Part shown: piece after piece, positions 62,417-64,000 of the stretch | How positions within the stretch are numbered: position 1 is the stretch's first letter | How the letters are laid out: each line of letters begins with the position of its first letter | DNA from: Candidatus Eiseniibacteriota bacterium | GTDB lineage: Bacteria; Eisenbacteria; RBG-16-71-46; SZUA-252 | DNA length: 64,000 bases | Direction: 5' to 3' | NCBI GenBank assembly: GCA_031370645.1 | Contig: JANMQV010000151.1 | Location: 1-64,000, forward strand | Notes under the pieces: generated by a model | Databases searched by the model: none | What the model saw: only the letters and a program-made list of their open reading frames with translations | Told to the model about the DNA's origin: nothing | Position numbers and translations under genes: made by a program

Positions 62417-63708
62417 AATTCCAGGTGCCGCGCGGGACGCGCGACATCGTGCCTCCCGATTCGGAGCGATGGGCCGAGATCGAGGAACAGGCGCGGCGGA
62501 TTCTCGGGAGTTACGGCTACCGGGAAGTTCGCACGCCGATCTTCGAGGCGACGGAACTCTTCGTGCGAAGCGTCGGGGAATCGACCGATATCGTCCGGAA
62601 GGAGCTCTACACCTTCGTGGACAGGAAGGGGCGCTCCCTGTCCCTCCGGCCCGAGGGCACGGCGGCGCTCGTGCGGGCCTACCTCGACAGTCCCGTGCTC
62701 CGGCAGGAATCGCCCGCGCGCCTTTCCTACCTGGGACCGTTCTTCCGCTATGAGCGGCCGCAGGCGGGGCGCTACCGGCAGTTCTGGCAGATCGGCGCGG
62801 AGCTTCTGGGTTCGAAGGATCCTTCGGCGGACGTGGAGATGATCGATCTCTTCGTCTCCATCATGCGCGCGGTGGGCCTTCCGGACGTGAAGGTGCTCTT
62901 GAACTCACTGGGCGACGCCACCTGCCGGCCCATCTATCGCGAGAGCATCCGCGAGTACTTCGGCCGCCACCTCGACCAACTCTGCGAGGACGACCGCGAG
63001 CGCATCAAGACGAACCCGCTTCGGATATTGGATTGCAAGATTCCGTCCTGCCAGCCGATCCTGGCGGGGGCGCCGAGCGTGCTCGACGCGCTCTGCGACG
63101 ATTGCCGCGCGCACTTTACCGCCGTCCAGGAGGGGCTCCGCGTGCTCGGCATCGAGGTGGAAGTGGCCCCGCGCCTCGTCCGCGGTCTCGACTACTACAC
63201 GCGCACCGTGTTCGAAGTGCACGCTTCGAATCTCGGCGCGCAGAGCGCCGTCGGAGGCGGAGGGCGCTACGACCAGTTGGTGCAGGAGCTGGGCGGCCCC
63301 GAAACGCCGTCGATCGGATTCTCGATCGGGACCGACCGCCTCTTGATCGCCACCGCGAGCCCGCGCGCCGAGGGGGCGCCGGCCGAGCCCGATGCGTTCG
63401 TGGTCGCGCGCCAGCCCGAGGCGGCCTCCGAGGCCCTCTCGGCCGCCCGCGCGCTTCGCGGCGTGCTCGATCCGGGCGAAGGCCGTCCGCTTCGCGTCAT
63501 GACCGACGTGCAGGGACGGAGCGCCTCATCCCAGATGAAAGTCGCCTCGCGCATCGGCGCCAAACACGCCGTTTTCGTACCGCGCGAGGCAGATGGATAC
63601 GCCGTTCGCGACATGATCTCCGGAAAGGACGAAATGAAGCAGCCCGACCTCGACACGCTGCGCGCCTGGCTCCGTGCCCGCCGCGCGACCGCGGGGACCA
63701 CGCGATGA
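62413..63708 (+). CDS. hisS: Histidine--tRNA ligase
   Basis: ATG 62413; PRGTRD, LRPEGTA, FRYERPQAGRYRQF, LVRGLDYY, GGGRYD. Confidence 0.98.
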   Translation: MKFQVPRGTRDIVPPDSERWAEIEEQARRILGSYGYREVRTPIFEATELFVRSVGESTDIVRKELYTFVDRKGRSLSLRPEGTAALVRAYLDSPVLRQESPARLSYLGPFFRYERPQAGRYRQFWQIGAELLGSKDPSADVEMIDLFVSIMRAVGLPDVKVLLNSLGDATCRPIYRESIREYFGRHLDQLCEDDRERIKTNPLRILDCKIPSCQPILAGAPSVLDALCDDCRAHFTAVQEGLRVLGIEVEVAPRLVRGLDYYTRTVFEVHASNLGAQSAVGGGGRYDQLVQELGGPETPSIGFSIGTDRLLIATASPRAEGAPAEPDAFVVARQPEAASEALSAARALRGVLDPGEGRPLRVMTDVQGRSASSQMKVASRIGAKHAVFVPREADGYAVRDMISGKDEMKQPDLDTLRAWLRARRATAGTTR

Positions 63709-64000
63709 CCTCGATCGATCCGCTCCTCCAACGCCGGCGGTCGCATCGCTGCGGCGATCTCCGCCCCGAACAGGCCGGGACGCACGTCCGCCTCATGGGC
63801 TGGGCCCACCGCGTCCGCGACCACGGGGGGGTTCTCTTCCTCGACCTCCGCGATCGGTACGGTCTCACGCAGGTCGTCTTCCGCCCCGAGAAGTTGAACA
63901 CGAAGACGCTCGAGCGCGCCCGGGAGATCGGGAGCGAATTCGTCGTGCTGGTGGAGGGGACCGTCCTTCGCCGACCGCCCGGGAGCGAGAATCCCGATCT
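63705..64000 (+). CDS. aspS: Aspartate--tRNA ligase, 3'-truncated by window edge
   Basis: ATGA overlap; RSHRCG.LR…GWAHRVRDHGGVLFLDLRDRYGLTQVVF. Confidence 0.95.
   Translation, partial: MTSIDPLLQRRRSHRCGDLRPEQAGTHVRLMGWAHRVRDHGGVLFLDLRDRYGLTQVVFRPEKLNTKTLERAREIGSEFVVLVEGTVLRRPPGSENPD

Overview
A 64-kb, very GC-rich (roughly 70% by eye), densely coding chromosomal window from a diderm bacterium. Gene content suggests an FCB-related candidate lineage such as Ca. Eisenbacteria or Latescibacterota (inference only). No rRNA, tRNA, CRISPR array, IS or prophage was recognised. In order: a >15-kb surface-glycan locus (GT39-like, O-antigen ligase, GT4/GT9/GT2, WcaJ, Wzx, AsnB-type amidotransferase, WecA); a GAF sigma54 activator plus methyltransferase; a four-gene uncharacterised membrane-protein operon (FN3+DUF6754-type); a three-protein phosphorelay; a lipoprotein/outer-membrane barrel pair; a catalytically degenerate GH15 homologue; GT2 and GT87 genes; a sensor-less sigma54 activator ahead of a sigma54-driven hsp20-dnaK; msrA; a third sigma54 activator; ECF sigma/anti-sigma; HEAT-cyclophilin; a nucleoside-salvage operon whose hpt carries an in-frame stop; hom-thrC-thrB-lysC; tolA/B-pal-cpoB; clpB; ptsN; a Cys/Met lyase; vanZ-hisS-aspS. 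The best candidate for an undescribed system is the 17.9-21.4 kb membrane operon. Other highlights are the GH15 pseudoenzyme, the hpt nonsense codon, the sigma54 chaperone circuit and recurrent near-leaderless promoters. All family assignments come from motif recognition, not database searches.
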